Shown here piece after piece: positions 29,024-40,299 of a stretch of DNA of 64,000 nucleotides (the first letter of the stretch is position 1; each line of letters opens with the position of its first letter). The stretch lies in contig CAXXHO010000003.1 of assembly GCA_963667725.2 (NCBI GenBank), forward strand, positions 1,088,001 to 1,152,000. Direction: 5' to 3'. The notes under the pieces were generated by a model, which saw only the letters and a list, made by a program, of their open reading frames with translations, made no database searches and was not told where the DNA came from. The position numbers and the translations under genes are program-made. This DNA comes from Treponemataceae bacterium (lineage in GTDB: Bacteria; Spirochaetota; Spirochaetia; Treponematales; Rectinemataceae).

Positions 29024-31834
29024 TTACCGTCCGTGGCAGTGCTTGTATTTTTTGCCCGAACCGCAGGGACAAGGATCGTTGCGGCCTACTTTTTCGCCGC
29101 TGCGCATGACAGTGACGTTCTCGGGCGTCGAAGCTTCCGATATCTGAGAACCCTGTGGTCTCTTGGAGAAAGAAGGCTCGGGGCCGCCGGCCTGGGGTTC
29201 AGACGCGGTGAACTGCCCTGAGCTTTCGTGGTGAGCCATAGCCACGGGCTCCTTAGCTGGAATCTTGCGCTCTTCCTCAGCCCTGATCTGGACCCTGAGG
29301 ACTCTCGAGGCGATGTTCCGCCTAATGTCGTCGATGAGGTGCTCGAAGATATCCGACCCTTCGATCTTGTACTCAAGAAGAGGGTTCTTCTGGGCATAGG
29401 AGCGCAGATAGACGGCTTCGCGCAAGCCCTCCATCGTATCCAGATGGTCCAGCCATTTATTGTCGATCTCCTGCAGGTACTGATAGCGGATGAAGTTGTT
29501 CAGATTGGCTTGGCCCGCCAGCGCGAGCTTCTGGTCCAGATCGGCATCCAGGCGCTTTTTGACGTTGCCGTAGAAGACCGAGGCGGATGGACTCTGAGCC
29601 GAGGCGACGGAAGCGGAGAGGAGGGAAGCAACCTCGGCTGCGGTCATCGTGACGCCGAAGGTGTCGCGGAGGAGAAGGGGAAGCTCCGAGGCGACGAGTT
29701 TATCGCCGGATTTCTGGCGCCCGAGAGCGTCTGAAGTCATGGAGGCGAGCATTTCCTCGGCGCTTGCGCGCACTCTGTCGAGCAGCTCCTCGTCCTTGAG
29801 AATGGCGTTCCTCTGGTCATAGATGAAGCCGCGCTGATTGTTGAGTACGTCGTCGTACTCGAGAAGATGCTTTCTTATCTCGAAGTTGCGCTCTTCTACT
29901 TTTTTCTGGGCGCTCTCGATGGTTCGGTTGAGGAGGGGATGGTAGATGGGCTCGCCGGGTTTCATGCCCACCTTACTCATCATGTTCTTGAAGTTTTCGC
30001 CCCCAAAAAGGCGCATAAGGTCGTCGTCGAGGGAGATGAAGAAGGCCGAACGGCCCGGATCTCCCTGGCGGCCCGATCTTCCGCGCAGCTGGTTGTCGAT
30101 TCGCCTCGATTCATGGCGCTCGGTTCCTATGACGCATAGCCCGCCCAGGCTCCGAACCTCGTCGAAGTCCTTCTTCCAGGTTTCGTACTCACCGGCCATG
30201 ATTCTGGCGAATTCCTCATCCGTGGCTGACGTTCCGGCTTTCCGGCGCGCCCTGAACTCGGGGTTGCCGCCCAGCTTAATGTCGGTTCCGCGGCCCGCCA
30301 TATTCGTCGCTATGGTCACGGAACCCTTGGCTCCGGCTTCCGCGATGATGAGGGCCTCACGCGCGTGGTTCTTGGCGTTGAGTACTTCGTGCGGAACGCC
30401 GCGGCGTGCGAGAAGCTGTGACAGTTTCTCGGATTTCTCTATGGAGACAGTACCCACGAGGATGGGCTGGCCTTTCTTGTGTGCTTTCTCGATTTCCTCG
30501 CTTATTGCCTCGAATTTCTCGGCTTCGTTGAGGAAGACGAGGTCGTCTTCGTCGGCGCGCACGAGAGGTCGGTTCGAAGGGATAACGACTACATCGAGAC
30601 TATATATTTTATTGAACTCTGGCGCTTCAGTGTCGGCAGTTCCAGTCATTCCGCATATTTTATCATACATGCGGAAGTAGTTCTGAAAGGTGATTGTGGC
30701 GAGCGTGCGATTTCGTCTGGCGATTTTTATTCTTTCGCTGGCTTCGATGGCTTCATGGAGACCGTCGGAGTAACGTCTGCCGTGGAGAATGCGGCCGGTG
30801 AATTCGTCGACGATCTGGACGAGACCGTCCTGGACGACGTAGTCGACATCTTTCTGGAAGAGTCTCTGGGCGCGAACGGACTGCGTAAAATAATGGGCGA
30901 ACTGAAAGTTGCCTTCCTCGAAGAGACTGCCTTTGATGAGGCCGCGCTTCTGGAGCAGTTCCTCGATATGGTTTAGGCCCTGGCTCGTGAACATGACGCG
31001 CTTCGATTTCTCGTCGATCCTGTAATCTCCTTCCGAAACCTCGCCGTTCGCCTCGTCAGGGTACTCCCCCGTATCCGGATTTTTAGTGACTTCGGTGAGG
31101 GAGAGGGCAAGACGATTTACCTCATTCACCTTGTAGGTGTCGTCTTCGGCGGGACCGGAAATGATGAGGGGCGTTCTCGCCTCATCGATGAGAATGGAGT
31201 CTATTTCGTCGACGATGCAGTAATTGTGTCCTCGCTGGACTCTAGACTCGGGAGTCCAGGTCATATTGTCGCGGAGGTAATCGAAACCGAACTCATTGTT
31301 CGTCCCGTAGGTTATGTCGCAGGCGTAAGCCTTCCGCCTTGCGTCATTGTCCATATTGGAAAGAATGCAGCCGACGCTCAATCCCAGAAACTGGAATATC
31401 TTGCCCATCCACTGGCTGTCTCGTTCGGCCAGGTAATCGTTGACCGTGACGATGTGAACGCCCTTGCCGGCAATCGCGTTGACGTACGCGGCGCTCACCG
31501 AGGACAGGGTTTTTCCTTCGCCGGTCTTCATCTCCACGATCTTGCCCTGATGAAGGACGAGGCTGCCCATCATCTGGACATCGAATGGTCTTTCCCCGAG
31601 AATCCTTCGGGCAGCTTCGCGCGACAGGGCAAAAGCTTCGGGCAGAAGGGCGTCCAGGGATTCGCCTTGAGCGAGCCTCGCCCTGAAAGTTTCGGTCTGC
31701 GCGGGGAAGTCGTCGTCCTTGAGGGCTATGGCCCAGGATTCTTTCGCGTTTATGGTGTGAAGCACTGGAAGCAGGGTTTTGACATCCCTCTCTCGCTTGG
31801 AGCCGAGGAATGCGGTAAGCAGATTGATAGCCAT
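29024..31834 (-). CDS. secA: Preprotein translocase ATPase SecA
   Basis: [80 protein letters not shown]; start ATG 31834. Confidence 0.98.
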   Translation of the reverse strand: MAINLLTAFLGSKRERDVKTLLPVLHTINAKESWAIALKDDDFPAQTETFRARLAQGESLDALLPEAFALSREAARRILGERPFDVQMMGSLVLHQGKIVEMKTGEGKTLSSVSAAYVNAIAGKGVHIVTVNDYLAERDSQWMGKIFQFLGLSVGCILSNMDNDARRKAYACDITYGTNNEFGFDYLRDNMTWTPESRVQRGHNYCIVDEIDSILIDEARTPLIISGPAEDDTYKVNEVNRLALSLTEVTKNPDTGEYPDEANGEVSEGDYRIDEKSKRVMFTSQGLNHIEELLQKRGLIKGSLFEEGNFQFAHYFTQSVRAQRLFQKDVDYVVQDGLVQIVDEFTGRILHGRRYSDGLHEAIEASERIKIARRNRTLATITFQNYFRMYDKICGMTGTADTEAPEFNKIYSLDVVVIPSNRPLVRADEDDLVFLNEAEKFEAISEEIEKAHKKGQPILVGTVSIEKSEKLSQLLARRGVPHEVLNAKNHAREALIIAEAGAKGSVTIATNMAGRGTDIKLGGNPEFRARRKAGTSATDEEFARIMAGEYETWKKDFDEVRSLGGLCVIGTERHESRRIDNQLRGRSGRQGDPGRSAFFISLDDDLMRLFGGENFKNMMSKVGMKPGEPIYHPLLNRTIESAQKKVEERNFEIRKHLLEYDDVLNNQRGFIYDQRNAILKDEELLDRVRASAEEMLASMTSDALGRQKSGDKLVASELPLLLRDTFGVTMTAAEVASLLSASVASAQSPSASVFYGNVKKRLDADLDQKLALAGQANLNNFIRYQYLQEIDNKWLDHLDTMEGLREAVYLRSYAQKNPLLEYKIEGSDIFEHLIDDIRRNIASRVLRVQIRAEEERKIPAKEPVAMAHHESSGQFTASEPQAGGPEPSFSKRPQGSQISEASTPENVTVMRSGEKVGRNDPCPCGSGKKYKHCHGR

Positions 31835-31841
31835 GGCTGTA

Positions 31842-31870
31842 AGAATACTTCCGGCTAAGGAAAGGGTCAA
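31842..31870 (-). promoter_or_regulatory. Sigma70-type promoter of secA
   Basis: Minus-strand TTGACC-17 nt-TATTCT, 7 nt before ATG. Confidence 0.7.
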
Positions 31871-31882
31871 GGAAGTAAGGAT

Positions 31883-31931
31883 AATGTCAGCGCCATAGTA
31901 ATGGCCGCGCCATAGTAATGGCGTTGACATT
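31883..31931. repeat. Palindrome containing a tandem 16-nt direct repeat (period 17)
   Basis: GCGCCATAGTAATGGC at 31890-31905 and 31907-31922; outer arms AATGTCAGCGCCAT / ATGGCGTTGACATT are 13/14 complementary. Confidence 0.85.
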
Positions 31932-31963
31932 CGCCGCTCCTGCGGGTAAGGATGGATATCGCG

Positions 31964-33226
31964 ATGAAACCCGCTTTGTCATGCTTTTTATGCGCTCCGC
32001 TTCTGGCCTTTCTCTTGGTATCGTGCGAACCGTCGCGAAACGCCAGGAATATTGTCCGAAACGACCTATTTTCCATAAGCTATGGCATTTCGGAAAACCA
32101 GATCGACATCTCTTCAGGCGGCGAAAGCGGCATCGACCTGACCATGAGAGAAGGAATATTCCACCTTCTCGACGGAACGGGCGGAAAAGTCTTGAAACTT
32201 TCATCCTACGGGGATCTTCTCGCTCTGCTGTACGACCCTTCGAGGTCGCCGGAGCCCAGGATCGTCAAACCCATCGAAATATTGGAAAATGAAGCCCAAA
32301 ATAACGTCATCGACGCCCCGGGGCGCTATGCCGCGCCGATCAAGTTCGAAGCGCCGGGAAAAATCGCCGTGGACGCCAACCAGACGATCTATATAGCCGA
32401 CAGGGTAGCGAATAGTACGGATCGCATTTTCGACACGCAGATCGATTCGTATTGCGACAGGATAGTCAGAAGGTTTGGGGCGCAGGGATCTGAATTACCT
32501 TATATTGGGCAAGAAGGTCCTGGAGGATCTCCTTTTCCCTATATCATGAGAGTCGACGTCCTTGGAAACGGTACGGTGGCGGTTGTATCGGCCTCGGAAA
32601 CAGTTGTGCTCGTTCATCACTTCGCGAAAGCGGGCAACCTGCTTTCCAGCCTTAGGCTGAATAGATCTTCGCTGCCGGTACCGGACGGCATGGCCGAATC
32701 CGCGGGAGAGAATGAGGGAGTCAGGATACATGCCAACCTGGATGGGATTCTTGAAGTAGCGAATGGCGAATCCTTCGAAGTCGCCCTGAAGATAGATTAT
32801 TACAGGGAATATTTCGACCCGGACAGCTTGATCATATCCAGCAACGAGTTCGCGGGATCATGGATCTTCGTACTGAACGGCTCCACGGGGAAAGCCATGA
32901 ACAGCTTGGCAATCGTACCCGGAAACCCCGATACGGCCATTCCCGAACTCATCGGGGAACACTCGGGACTCTTCTATCTTCTTTCAGACCGCGCCTCAAT
33001 CGGAAATGAACAAGCCAGGCAGAGCGGGACAGGCGCGGGCAAAGAAGGCTCTAGCGCTGCCAGGATGCTTCAGCTCGTCGATATGCAGGGAAAAGTCCAG
33101 CAGCGCTACCGGCTCGACGTGCCGGTGGATGCGGCAGAAATAATGGTTCTGAAGGTTTCGGACTCGGGACAGGTCTATGCCCTTCTAAAGTCGGACATGG
33201 CCGTCCGCGTCGCGTGGTGGGAATAA
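31964..33226 (+). CDS. Spirochaete lipoprotein, probable beta-propeller-like fold (resembles LIC_12708-type proteins)
   Basis: Signal peptide with LLVSC lipobox; [18 protein letters not shown]-like repeat; family name from recall only. Confidence 0.65.
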   Translation: MKPALSCFLCAPLLAFLLVSCEPSRNARNIVRNDLFSISYGISENQIDISSGGESGIDLTMREGIFHLLDGTGGKVLKLSSYGDLLALLYDPSRSPEPRIVKPIEILENEAQNNVIDAPGRYAAPIKFEAPGKIAVDANQTIYIADRVANSTDRIFDTQIDSYCDRIVRRFGAQGSELPYIGQEGPGGSPFPYIMRVDVLGNGTVAVVSASETVVLVHHFAKAGNLLSSLRLNRSSLPVPDGMAESAGENEGVRIHANLDGILEVANGESFEVALKIDYYREYFDPDSLIISSNEFAGSWIFVLNGSTGKAMNSLAIVPGNPDTAIPELIGEHSGLFYLLSDRASIGNEQARQSGTGAGKEGSSAARMLQLVDMQGKVQQRYRLDVPVDAAEIMVLKVSDSGQVYALLKSDMAVRVAWWE

Positions 33227-33264
33227 TAGATGATAAAGCCCGTTCACAAGGAGCCGAGATCACG

Positions 33265-34887
33265 ATGAAATACAGGATTCAGCAGCTGAAGATGCATCTG
33301 GATCATGACGACAAAGCCATCGAGAAGGCTGTCTGCGCCATCCTGGGAACCAGGATGGATGAAATCGTCTCGTGGGGCATTGTCAGGAAGTCTTTTGACG
33401 CCAGGGAAAAATCCTCCATCAGAGTCATCTATTCAGTGGATGTCGAATCGAAAAAAACCTTGAGCCAAAACCACGTCGGGAAAGATATTCTCCCCCTGGG
33501 CATCGAGGAACGATACAGATTCCCTATCGACCAAACCGGAAAAGAAACCGCGAAGCGTCGCGTGGCAGTAGTGGGCGGCGGGCCCGCGGGCCTTTTTTGC
33601 GCGCTGCTCCTTGCCGAAAACGGCTTCAAGCCTATCGTCCTCGAGCGCGGGGAAGATGTCGAATCGCGGATGCGTTCGGTCGATCTTTTCTGGAAATCGG
33701 GCATTCTGGACCCTGATTCCAACATGCAGTTTGGCGAGGGAGGAGCGGGAACCTTTTCCGACGGGAAGCTCAATACCTCGGTAGGCGACCAGCTCCACCG
33801 CAACCGGAAAGTGATCGAGGAGTTCCTGGAAGCCGGGGCGCCCCCGGAAATAGCCTTCATCAACAAACCTCATATCGGAACGGACTACCTCGTCGGTGTC
33901 GTAAAAAACATAAGGAAGAAAATCGAAAGCCTCGGCGGGGAGGTCCGATTCCGCTCCAAGGCAACCTCCTTCGAGATCAGGGACGGGAAAATAAGGGCCG
34001 TCTGGGTGAACGGCACGGAAAAGATCGAAGCTTCGACCGTCGTTCTGGCCATCGGGCACAGCGCCAGGGACACCTTCGAGGAACTGTCGCGCGGCGTCGT
34101 GCGCATGGAACAGAAACCCTTCGCCATAGGCCTCAGGATCGAACATCCGCAGGCATTGATCCAGAAGGCGCAGTTCGGAGCTTCCTGGAAAAATCCCCGA
34201 CTTCCGACGGCAGACTACAAGCTCACCTATCAGACGACCAAAGGACGAGGCGTCTACAGCTTCTGCATGTGTCCCGGCGGTTTTGTCGTGAATTCAAGTT
34301 CTGAAAAAGGCATGGTCGTATGCAATGGCATGAGCAATTTCGCCCGGAACGAGAAAAACGCCAACTCCGCCATAGTAGCCGCCGTCAGGACCGAGGACTT
34401 CGGAAACGATAGCCTGCTTGCCGGCATGGAATTCCAGAGAACCTGGGAAAAAGCCGCCTATGCCGCAGCGAATCCGAAAGAGGGCGGCTTTGCCATGCCC
34501 GTGCAGACGCTGAGGGACTTCATCGCGGGGAAATGCACCGCAGGCTTCGGAAGCGTCACGCCCTGCTCGAAAGGCTCCACGAGTTTCGCCGATCTCAATG
34601 CCTGCCTTCCCGGCTTCGTGACCGAATCGATCAAGGAAAGCGTGGGGGCATTCGACAGGAAAATCAAAGGATTCGCCCATCCTGACGCCATCCTGACCGG
34701 CGTGGAGACGAGGACTTCTTCACCCCTAAGAATATTGAGGGACGAAAGGATGCAGAGCAGCGTGTCGGGACTGTTTCCCTGCGGCGAGGGCTGCGGCTAT
34801 GCCGGCGGCATAATGTCGGCGGCCATGGACGGAATCAAGGTGGCGGAAGCCATAGCCGCCGCGATAGCCGGAGGAGGCGCATCATGA
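33265..34887 (+). CDS. FAD-dependent oxidoreductase (COG2509-type)
   Basis: VVGGGPAGLF, QFGEGGAGTFSDGKL, AIGHSARD, SFCMCPGG, ETRTSSP, GEGCGYAGGIMSAAMDG. Confidence 0.92.
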   Translation: MKYRIQQLKMHLDHDDKAIEKAVCAILGTRMDEIVSWGIVRKSFDAREKSSIRVIYSVDVESKKTLSQNHVGKDILPLGIEERYRFPIDQTGKETAKRRVAVVGGGPAGLFCALLLAENGFKPIVLERGEDVESRMRSVDLFWKSGILDPDSNMQFGEGGAGTFSDGKLNTSVGDQLHRNRKVIEEFLEAGAPPEIAFINKPHIGTDYLVGVVKNIRKKIESLGGEVRFRSKATSFEIRDGKIRAVWVNGTEKIEASTVVLAIGHSARDTFEELSRGVVRMEQKPFAIGLRIEHPQALIQKAQFGASWKNPRLPTADYKLTYQTTKGRGVYSFCMCPGGFVVNSSSEKGMVVCNGMSNFARNEKNANSAIVAAVRTEDFGNDSLLAGMEFQRTWEKAAYAAANPKEGGFAMPVQTLRDFIAGKCTAGFGSVTPCSKGSTSFADLNACLPGFVTESIKESVGAFDRKIKGFAHPDAILTGVETRTSSPLRILRDERMQSSVSGLFPCGEGCGYAGGIMSAAMDGIKVAEAIAAAIAGGGAS

Positions 34888-36503
34888 AAACGCTGGTTAC
34901 CTGCGAAGAGTCAGGCGCCCTGGACTCGACAACCAAGGCCATACTAGCCTTGAGCTCCCTCCAGCTTATGGAAAAGGCCTCGCTCAGGATATGGGACAAG
35001 CTGGCTGCCATCATCGCCGCGAGACCCGAATTGCGGGGAAAAGGCAAAAATATCCGCATTGTCGCTCTCTGCGGCAAAGGCGACAACGGAGGAGACGCAC
35101 TCGCCATCCTTCGTCACGCCTTTTCGGCTGGATACAGGAATCTTGAAGCCCTGGTCTCGGACAGGGAGTTGAGCGAAAGCGCGAAAAAACAATGGGAAAG
35201 CGTCATAGCCTCGGGAATGACAGCGACTCGGTGGATCGAGCCTGAGAATTCCGGAAAGAACCTGGGTTTAGAGCCTGACCCTCTGTTATCCCAAGCTGAC
35301 ATAGTCATCGACGGCATACTGGGAACGGGCCTCAAGGGTCCCGCATCCGGCGAAGCCAAAGCGATGATTGAAAGGCTGAACACGCTCAAGGAAGGCGGGG
35401 CGGCGGCCCTTGTCGTCTCGGTGGATCTACCTTCGGGACTGGGCGATGGCTGGCATAAGGAGCATCCCTGCGTGATCGCCGATATCACCCTTGGCCTGGA
35501 ACCGGTAAAGGCTGTCTGTTACCTTCCGGGTAGCCGGCTGTCATGCGGCGATCTCGTCGCCGTTTCCGATGTTTTTCCTGAAAACCTTATTCAGGAGCAC
35601 GGCGACACGACCCTCATCGAAGACCAGGATCTCGGCCTATTCATCCCGAGAATTGAGAATGACGGCTACAAGATGAGCAGGGGACGGCTCGCCGTATTCG
35701 CGGGATCCATCGGGGCCATTGGCGCGGCCCAACTCTGCGCCAAGGCGGCGCTCGCCTCAGGCGCCGGGTATGTGACGCTCTATGTCGACGAAGCGGTCTA
35801 CCCCGTCATCGCGCCGACTCTGGAGTCCGTCGTCGTCAAACCTCTGTCCGAAAAAATGGACATGGAAAAGTGCGACTCCATCCTCGCTGGACCGGGATGG
35901 GGACAGCAAGAGGATAGGCTGAAGACGCTCAAACTTCTCCTCGGATTGGATATCCCTCTCATTCTCGACGCCGACGCCATCCGCATCCTCGCGTCGCATA
36001 CCGAACTCCTCAGCGACGCGAAAGCGCCCTGTATTGTAACCCCCCATTCTGGCGAGTACGCAGGCTTGGCGGAATCGCTCCATGTGTCGCCTGAGATGGC
36101 TGTCTGGGCAAGCATGAGGAAAGTCTGCGAAGGCCTCGGCATGATAACTGTCATGAAGAGCCACACCACCTGGATACTCTCGCCAAGACGGAAGACGGCC
36201 GTCTATGAAGGACTGACACCGGAATTGGGCACTGCCGGAACTGGCGACGTGCTCGCCGGCATTCTCGTTGGCATCGCGGCAGGAAAAATAGCGCAGATGA
36301 AACGTTCGGGAAAAGGCGAAAGTCGCGACAGAGAGACTGTCTGGAAAGCGCTTGAGGATTCGGCTTCCTGCGCCGTCATTGCCCACGGCCGCGCTGGGAA
36401 GAGGCTAGCGCAGCGCCGAGGCTGGTTCGAGTCATCGGATCTCGTGACGGAGTGTTCTCTCGTCCTTCATGAAGAAGCGGAAAGAGCGCGCGCGCGCCCT
36501 TGA
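34884..36503 (+). CDS. nnr: Bifunctional NAD(P)H-hydrate epimerase/dehydratase (YjeF)
   Basis: LMEKA, GKGDNGGD, DGILGTG, VDLPSG; C-domain GPG, LDADA, TPHSGE, AGTGDVLAG. Confidence 0.92.
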   Translation: MKTLVTCEESGALDSTTKAILALSSLQLMEKASLRIWDKLAAIIAARPELRGKGKNIRIVALCGKGDNGGDALAILRHAFSAGYRNLEALVSDRELSESAKKQWESVIASGMTATRWIEPENSGKNLGLEPDPLLSQADIVIDGILGTGLKGPASGEAKAMIERLNTLKEGGAAALVVSVDLPSGLGDGWHKEHPCVIADITLGLEPVKAVCYLPGSRLSCGDLVAVSDVFPENLIQEHGDTTLIEDQDLGLFIPRIENDGYKMSRGRLAVFAGSIGAIGAAQLCAKAALASGAGYVTLYVDEAVYPVIAPTLESVVVKPLSEKMDMEKCDSILAGPGWGQQEDRLKTLKLLLGLDIPLILDADAIRILASHTELLSDAKAPCIVTPHSGEYAGLAESLHVSPEMAVWASMRKVCEGLGMITVMKSHTTWILSPRRKTAVYEGLTPELGTAGTGDVLAGILVGIAAGKIAQMKRSGKGESRDRETVWKALEDSASCAVIAHGRAGKRLAQRRGWFESSDLVTECSLVLHEEAERARARP

Positions 36504-36552
36504 CCGCATATGCTTATACTCGTTAGGGTAGGGACCACCGGACGGCGAAATC

Positions 36553-36978
36553 ATGATACAGTTCTACTTTTTATCGGTAATCCTTAATATACTTTGCGGC
36601 TATGCGCTCGCATCGAAACATTCGGAGTCATCGACCTCCTCTCCAATCCTGCAGGGTGCGCGCCTCGTGATCGCCGATAAGGGACTGCGCCTCTCGCTCG
36701 CCGTGCTATCGCTGGCCACCGGCGTCCTGAAGCTTTTATTCGCGCTACGCGGCGACATTCCCATAATCGGCGATTTTTTGCCGGCCACCGCTGGGATTAT
36801 CGTGGGAGCGGCCCTCTTGCTGGAACTTTCCGATGATGCCCATCTGCCCTTCATGCATAGAGGAACCATTGGTGCCCAGATAGAAAAAGTTCTTGTTTCA
36901 TATAAGGTCCCGATAGGGTATGCTGGAATTATCGCGGGGATTGTTCATTTCCTGTTCCCGATGGTGCTCTTCCTCTGA
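36553..36978 (+). CDS. Hypothetical membrane protein (about 4 TM)
   Basis: Four hydrophobic segments; fills the gap between nnr and the Nudix gene. Confidence 0.7.
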   Translation: MIQFYFLSVILNILCGYALASKHSESSTSSPILQGARLVIADKGLRLSLAVLSLATGVLKLLFALRGDIPIIGDFLPATAGIIVGAALLLELSDDAHLPFMHRGTIGAQIEKVLVSYKVPIGYAGIIAGIVHFLFPMVLFL

Positions 36979-37003
36979 TCACCGAACCAAAGGAGACTAC
37001 CTG

Positions 37004-37387
37004 GTGAAGCGCTCTATAGCCGGAATCGCCGTACGTAATGACAGAATTCTCGTCGCGAAGCGTGTGGAAGGCGGACCGATCGGTCTTCGATGGGAATTTC
37101 CCGGTGGAAAAGTCGAAGAAGGCGAAACCGACGAAAATGCCCTTAAGCGGGAATTCGATGAAGAATTGGGCATCGACGTCGTGCCATTGCGCATCTTAGG
37201 AACGAGCAGCTTTCTCAGCGCTTCGGGATCAAGGGAATTGGCCGCCTGGCTTGTGGAAATACCTCAGGAAAGCGTTCTGGTGCTGAGAGAACACAGCGAT
37301 ATCGCCTGGCTTAGGCTCGATGAACTGGCCGCCCTCGATCTGGCTGACAGCGATAGAAGCCTTCTGCCTTTCATCACTCTTCCTTGA
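37004..37387 (+). CDS. Nudix hydrolase, MutT/NudG-like
   Basis: WEFPGGKVEEGETDENALKREFDEELG Nudix box; AGGAG before GTG 37004. Confidence 0.9.
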   Translation: MKRSIAGIAVRNDRILVAKRVEGGPIGLRWEFPGGKVEEGETDENALKREFDEELGIDVVPLRILGTSSFLSASGSRELAAWLVEIPQESVLVLREHSDIAWLRLDELAALDLADSDRSLLPFITLP

Positions 37388-37607
37388 CGGGATCAAAGAG
37401 GGTGAATTCCGGTTTGGCGTTCTCCTCCGGTGAGCTTATGAGCATCTCGACCCTTCCCTGAATCTTATCCAGCTCTTTTTTTAGGCCCTTGGACAGCTTT
37501 ATGCCTTCCTCGAATACTTTTATGGCTTCTTCGAGGGGAAGATCCTGATCCTTTATCTTTTCCGCCAGTTCTTCCAGCCTTTCCAGGCGGGATTCGAAAT
37601 CTTTCAC
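37374..37607 (-). CDS. xseB: Exodeoxyribonuclease VII small subunit
   Basis: FESRLERLEE, LPLEEAIKVFEEG; follows xseA. Confidence 0.93.
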   Translation of the reverse strand: MKDFESRLERLEELAEKIKDQDLPLEEAIKVFEEGIKLSKGLKKELDKIQGRVEMLISSPEENAKPEFTLFDPVKEE

Positions 37608-38908
37608 GGCTTTACCTCCCTGACCTCTACGCGGGCCTTGCCCGACGAAAAAACAATCTGAAGCGATTCATCCTTATGAAGTTGCGCGGCGGCTCGAACG
37701 ATCGCGCCCGAACCGAGCGGCGAATCCTGATTCAAGCCCTCCGTCGCCGGCGCGGCCTGGCGCACGATGGAGTAGCCGCGCCTGAGGACGGCCATAGGAC
37801 TCGCCAGCTCCATGCTCGTGTCGCAAAGGGCGACGCGATGCCCTCTGTCGCGCAGAAGCAAGGTCATGCCGGCGCCCAGATCGTCCCCTGCGTCGTCGAG
37901 ACGACGGGCGACGGGCATGAAGATGCGCATGAAACGCGCCTCCACGTCTTCGGGAGCGAAGGTGGAGAGGGCCATGCGCGCGTAGTCGATGCGCGAGCGC
38001 GCTGCCGATTCGAGGGCGCCGCCGAACTGGGCTACCTCCCGCTGCAGGATTTCCCGGCTCTCGGCCACCAGTTCGGCGGCTGCCGACGGAGTAGGCGCGC
38101 GCACATCGGCGGCGAAGTCGCTCAAGGCCCAGTCTATTTCATGGCCGACGGCGCTGATTACGGGAATTGTCGAGGCGGCTATGGCGCGGACCACGAGCTC
38201 GTCCGAAAACGCGAGGAGATCCTCAGGCGACCCGCCCCCGCGGCCCACGATGAGCACATCGGCCAGCATCAGCCTGTTCGCCTGCCTTATGCGTGCCGCT
38301 ATGATGCCGGCCGCTTCCTCCCCCTGCACGGGGGCGGGCAGGAGCAGTATATCGATGCCAGCGTTCCTCCTGCCCAGGACATTGAGGATGTCGCGGAAAG
38401 CGGCGCCCGTGGGGCTCGTGACGACGGCCACGCTGGAAGGGAACCTTGGCAGGGCTTTTTTCCTGTCCTGGTCGAAGAGCCCTTCCGCGGCGAGGCGCCG
38501 TTTTCTCTCTTCTAGCATTGCCAGAATGTCGCCCACTCCCGATTTCCGCATCGACTGGACGATGAGCTGGTACTGTCCGCGCGCCGCGTAGACCGAAATC
38601 GAACCCCTCGCTATCACCTTCATCCCGTCGCCGAGTTCAAAATCCAAGTCGGCCAGGCGGAACTTGAACATGACAGCCTGAACCATTGCGTCCTTGTCCT
38701 TGAGCGAAAAGTAGAGGTGCCCGGAGGATGAGAGCTTCGATCCCGACACCTCGCCCTCCACGGATATCGATGAGAATGAGGTCTCGAGGCTGTTCTTTAT
38801 GAGGACGGTGAGGGCTCCGACGCTGAGGACGGATTTCCCTGAGCGGCCGGCAGGTTTCGCCTCATCTCCATCCGTAGCGGGGCCGATATCATCCCAAATC
38901 GACGTCAT
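37604..38908 (-). CDS. xseA: Exodeoxyribonuclease VII large subunit
   Basis: SGHLYFSLKD, VTSPTGAAFRD, VGRGGGS.EDL, SAVGHEID, RAPTPSAAAE. Confidence 0.96.
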   Translation of the reverse strand: MTSIWDDIGPATDGDEAKPAGRSGKSVLSVGALTVLIKNSLETSFSSISVEGEVSGSKLSSSGHLYFSLKDKDAMVQAVMFKFRLADLDFELGDGMKVIARGSISVYAARGQYQLIVQSMRKSGVGDILAMLEERKRRLAAEGLFDQDRKKALPRFPSSVAVVTSPTGAAFRDILNVLGRRNAGIDILLLPAPVQGEEAAGIIAARIRQANRLMLADVLIVGRGGGSPEDLLAFSDELVVRAIAASTIPVISAVGHEIDWALSDFAADVRAPTPSAAAELVAESREILQREVAQFGGALESAARSRIDYARMALSTFAPEDVEARFMRIFMPVARRLDDAGDDLGAGMTLLLRDRGHRVALCDTSMELASPMAVLRRGYSIVRQAAPATEGLNQDSPLGSGAIVRAAAQLHKDESLQIVFSSGKARVEVREVKP

Positions 38909-38929
38909 GAATTGCCTTTCCCTTTCCGG

Positions 38930-40186
38930 CTAGCGCCGGAATATCGTCAGCCAGACAGTACCCGCGGCGATCGAAGCGACCGTCACCGGCAGGCCAACTT
39001 TGAGGTAGTCGAAAAAGCCTAGCTTGATGCCAGCCTTCTCGCCCTGATCCGCCACGATGAGGTTCGCGACGGAACCCAGGAGCGTAAGGTTCCCGGCATA
39101 GGTGCTGGCCATGGCGAGCATCAGCCACGCTGTGCCCGAATTCTCGAATCCGCGCGCCACGGGAGAAAGGAGCATCACCGCGGGCACGTTGGAAACGACG
39201 TTGGAGGCGAAGGCGATCGCGAGCGCGAAGGCGGCTCCGGGCTTGCTCAGGTATGGCAGGACCCAGCGCATGAATCCATCGAAGAGAGGCGTGCCAGCCA
39301 CCGCGTTCGTAAGGATGAAGAGGCCGGAGAAAAAGACGAGGAGGCTGAAGTCCACCTCCGCGAAGACTTTCTCCGGATGTATCCGCCGGGAGATCATGAG
39401 GAAGCCCGCCGAGGCCAGGGCCGCCACGCTCGTCCGCGCGCCGAAAGCCAGGAGAGCGAGGAGGATGGCCGCGGCGACGAGGCTCTTGATCATCAGTCTT
39501 TTATCGACACTGTCGTGTTTCGACGAGGAGCTGGCCCGTAGCTCGCCAGCCGGCAGCATCGAGGAAGTCTCGGCCGAAAACTCCTTCCTGAACACGAGAA
39601 TAGTCGCCAGGTAGCAGAAGCCCATCGCGAGAAGGGAAGGCGGGGCGAGCCACGCGGCGAACTCAAAAAAGGGAATTCCCGATTGGGCGGCGATGAGCAT
39701 GTTCTGGGGGTTGCCGATGGCGGTGGCGCAGGATCCGGCGTTCGCCGCCGTGGCGAGGCCTATGAGGTACGGCTTCCCGTCCCGTCCGGATCTCCTCGCG
39801 ACTTCGGCCACGAGGGGAGTGAGCATGATGCAGATCGTGTCGTTGAGGAAGAGGGCGGAAAGCAGTCCCGAAGCCAGGACGACGATGGCGAGGAATACTC
39901 TGGGCGATTTGGCGAGGGAAAGGATCTTCGCCCCGGCGAGATAGAAAAAGCCCGAAATTCTCAGGTTCGCCACGAGTATCATCATCGCGAGGAGGAGGGT
40001 TATCGTTTCGACGTCTATCGCCTTGAAAGCGGATTCAGCCGTTATTCCCCCCGCCAGGATAAGGAGAATCGCGGCGCAGAGCGCTATGCTCGCCCTGTTC
40101 ATCGCGAGACGGGGCAGCCTCCCCGCGGCTATGCCCGCGAAGGCTATGACGATGAGAATATAGGCGATGACTGGATAGGAAACCAT
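38930..40186 (-). CDS. ArsB/NhaD/CitMHS-family anion transporter (YbiR-like)
   Basis: LSALFLNDT, AIGNPQN, SNVVSNVPAV, AGNLTLLGSVANLIV; about 11 TMs. Confidence 0.88.
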   Translation of the reverse strand: MVSYPVIAYILIVIAFAGIAAGRLPRLAMNRASIALCAAILLILAGGITAESAFKAIDVETITLLLAMMILVANLRISGFFYLAGAKILSLAKSPRVFLAIVVLASGLLSALFLNDTICIMLTPLVAEVARRSGRDGKPYLIGLATAANAGSCATAIGNPQNMLIAAQSGIPFFEFAAWLAPPSLLAMGFCYLATILVFRKEFSAETSSMLPAGELRASSSSKHDSVDKRLMIKSLVAAAILLALLAFGARTSVAALASAGFLMISRRIHPEKVFAEVDFSLLVFFSGLFILTNAVAGTPLFDGFMRWVLPYLSKPGAAFALAIAFASNVVSNVPAVMLLSPVARGFENSGTAWLMLAMASTYAGNLTLLGSVANLIVADQGEKAGIKLGFFDYLKVGLPVTVASIAAGTVWLTIFRR

Positions 40187-40299
40187 GATGGTCGAAGTAT
40201 AGCACGGGAAATGCGGGCGCATAAACCTGAGGGGAGGCTAGGGAAGCCCCTATTCGCGCTCCTGTGGCAAAGATCGGACGTTTCGTGTATCATTGCCGA

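Noticed and set aside
31890..31922. Palindromic direct repeat as a possible mini-CRISPR
   Set aside because: Only two 16-nt copies separated by 1 nt, with no spacer and no cas genes.
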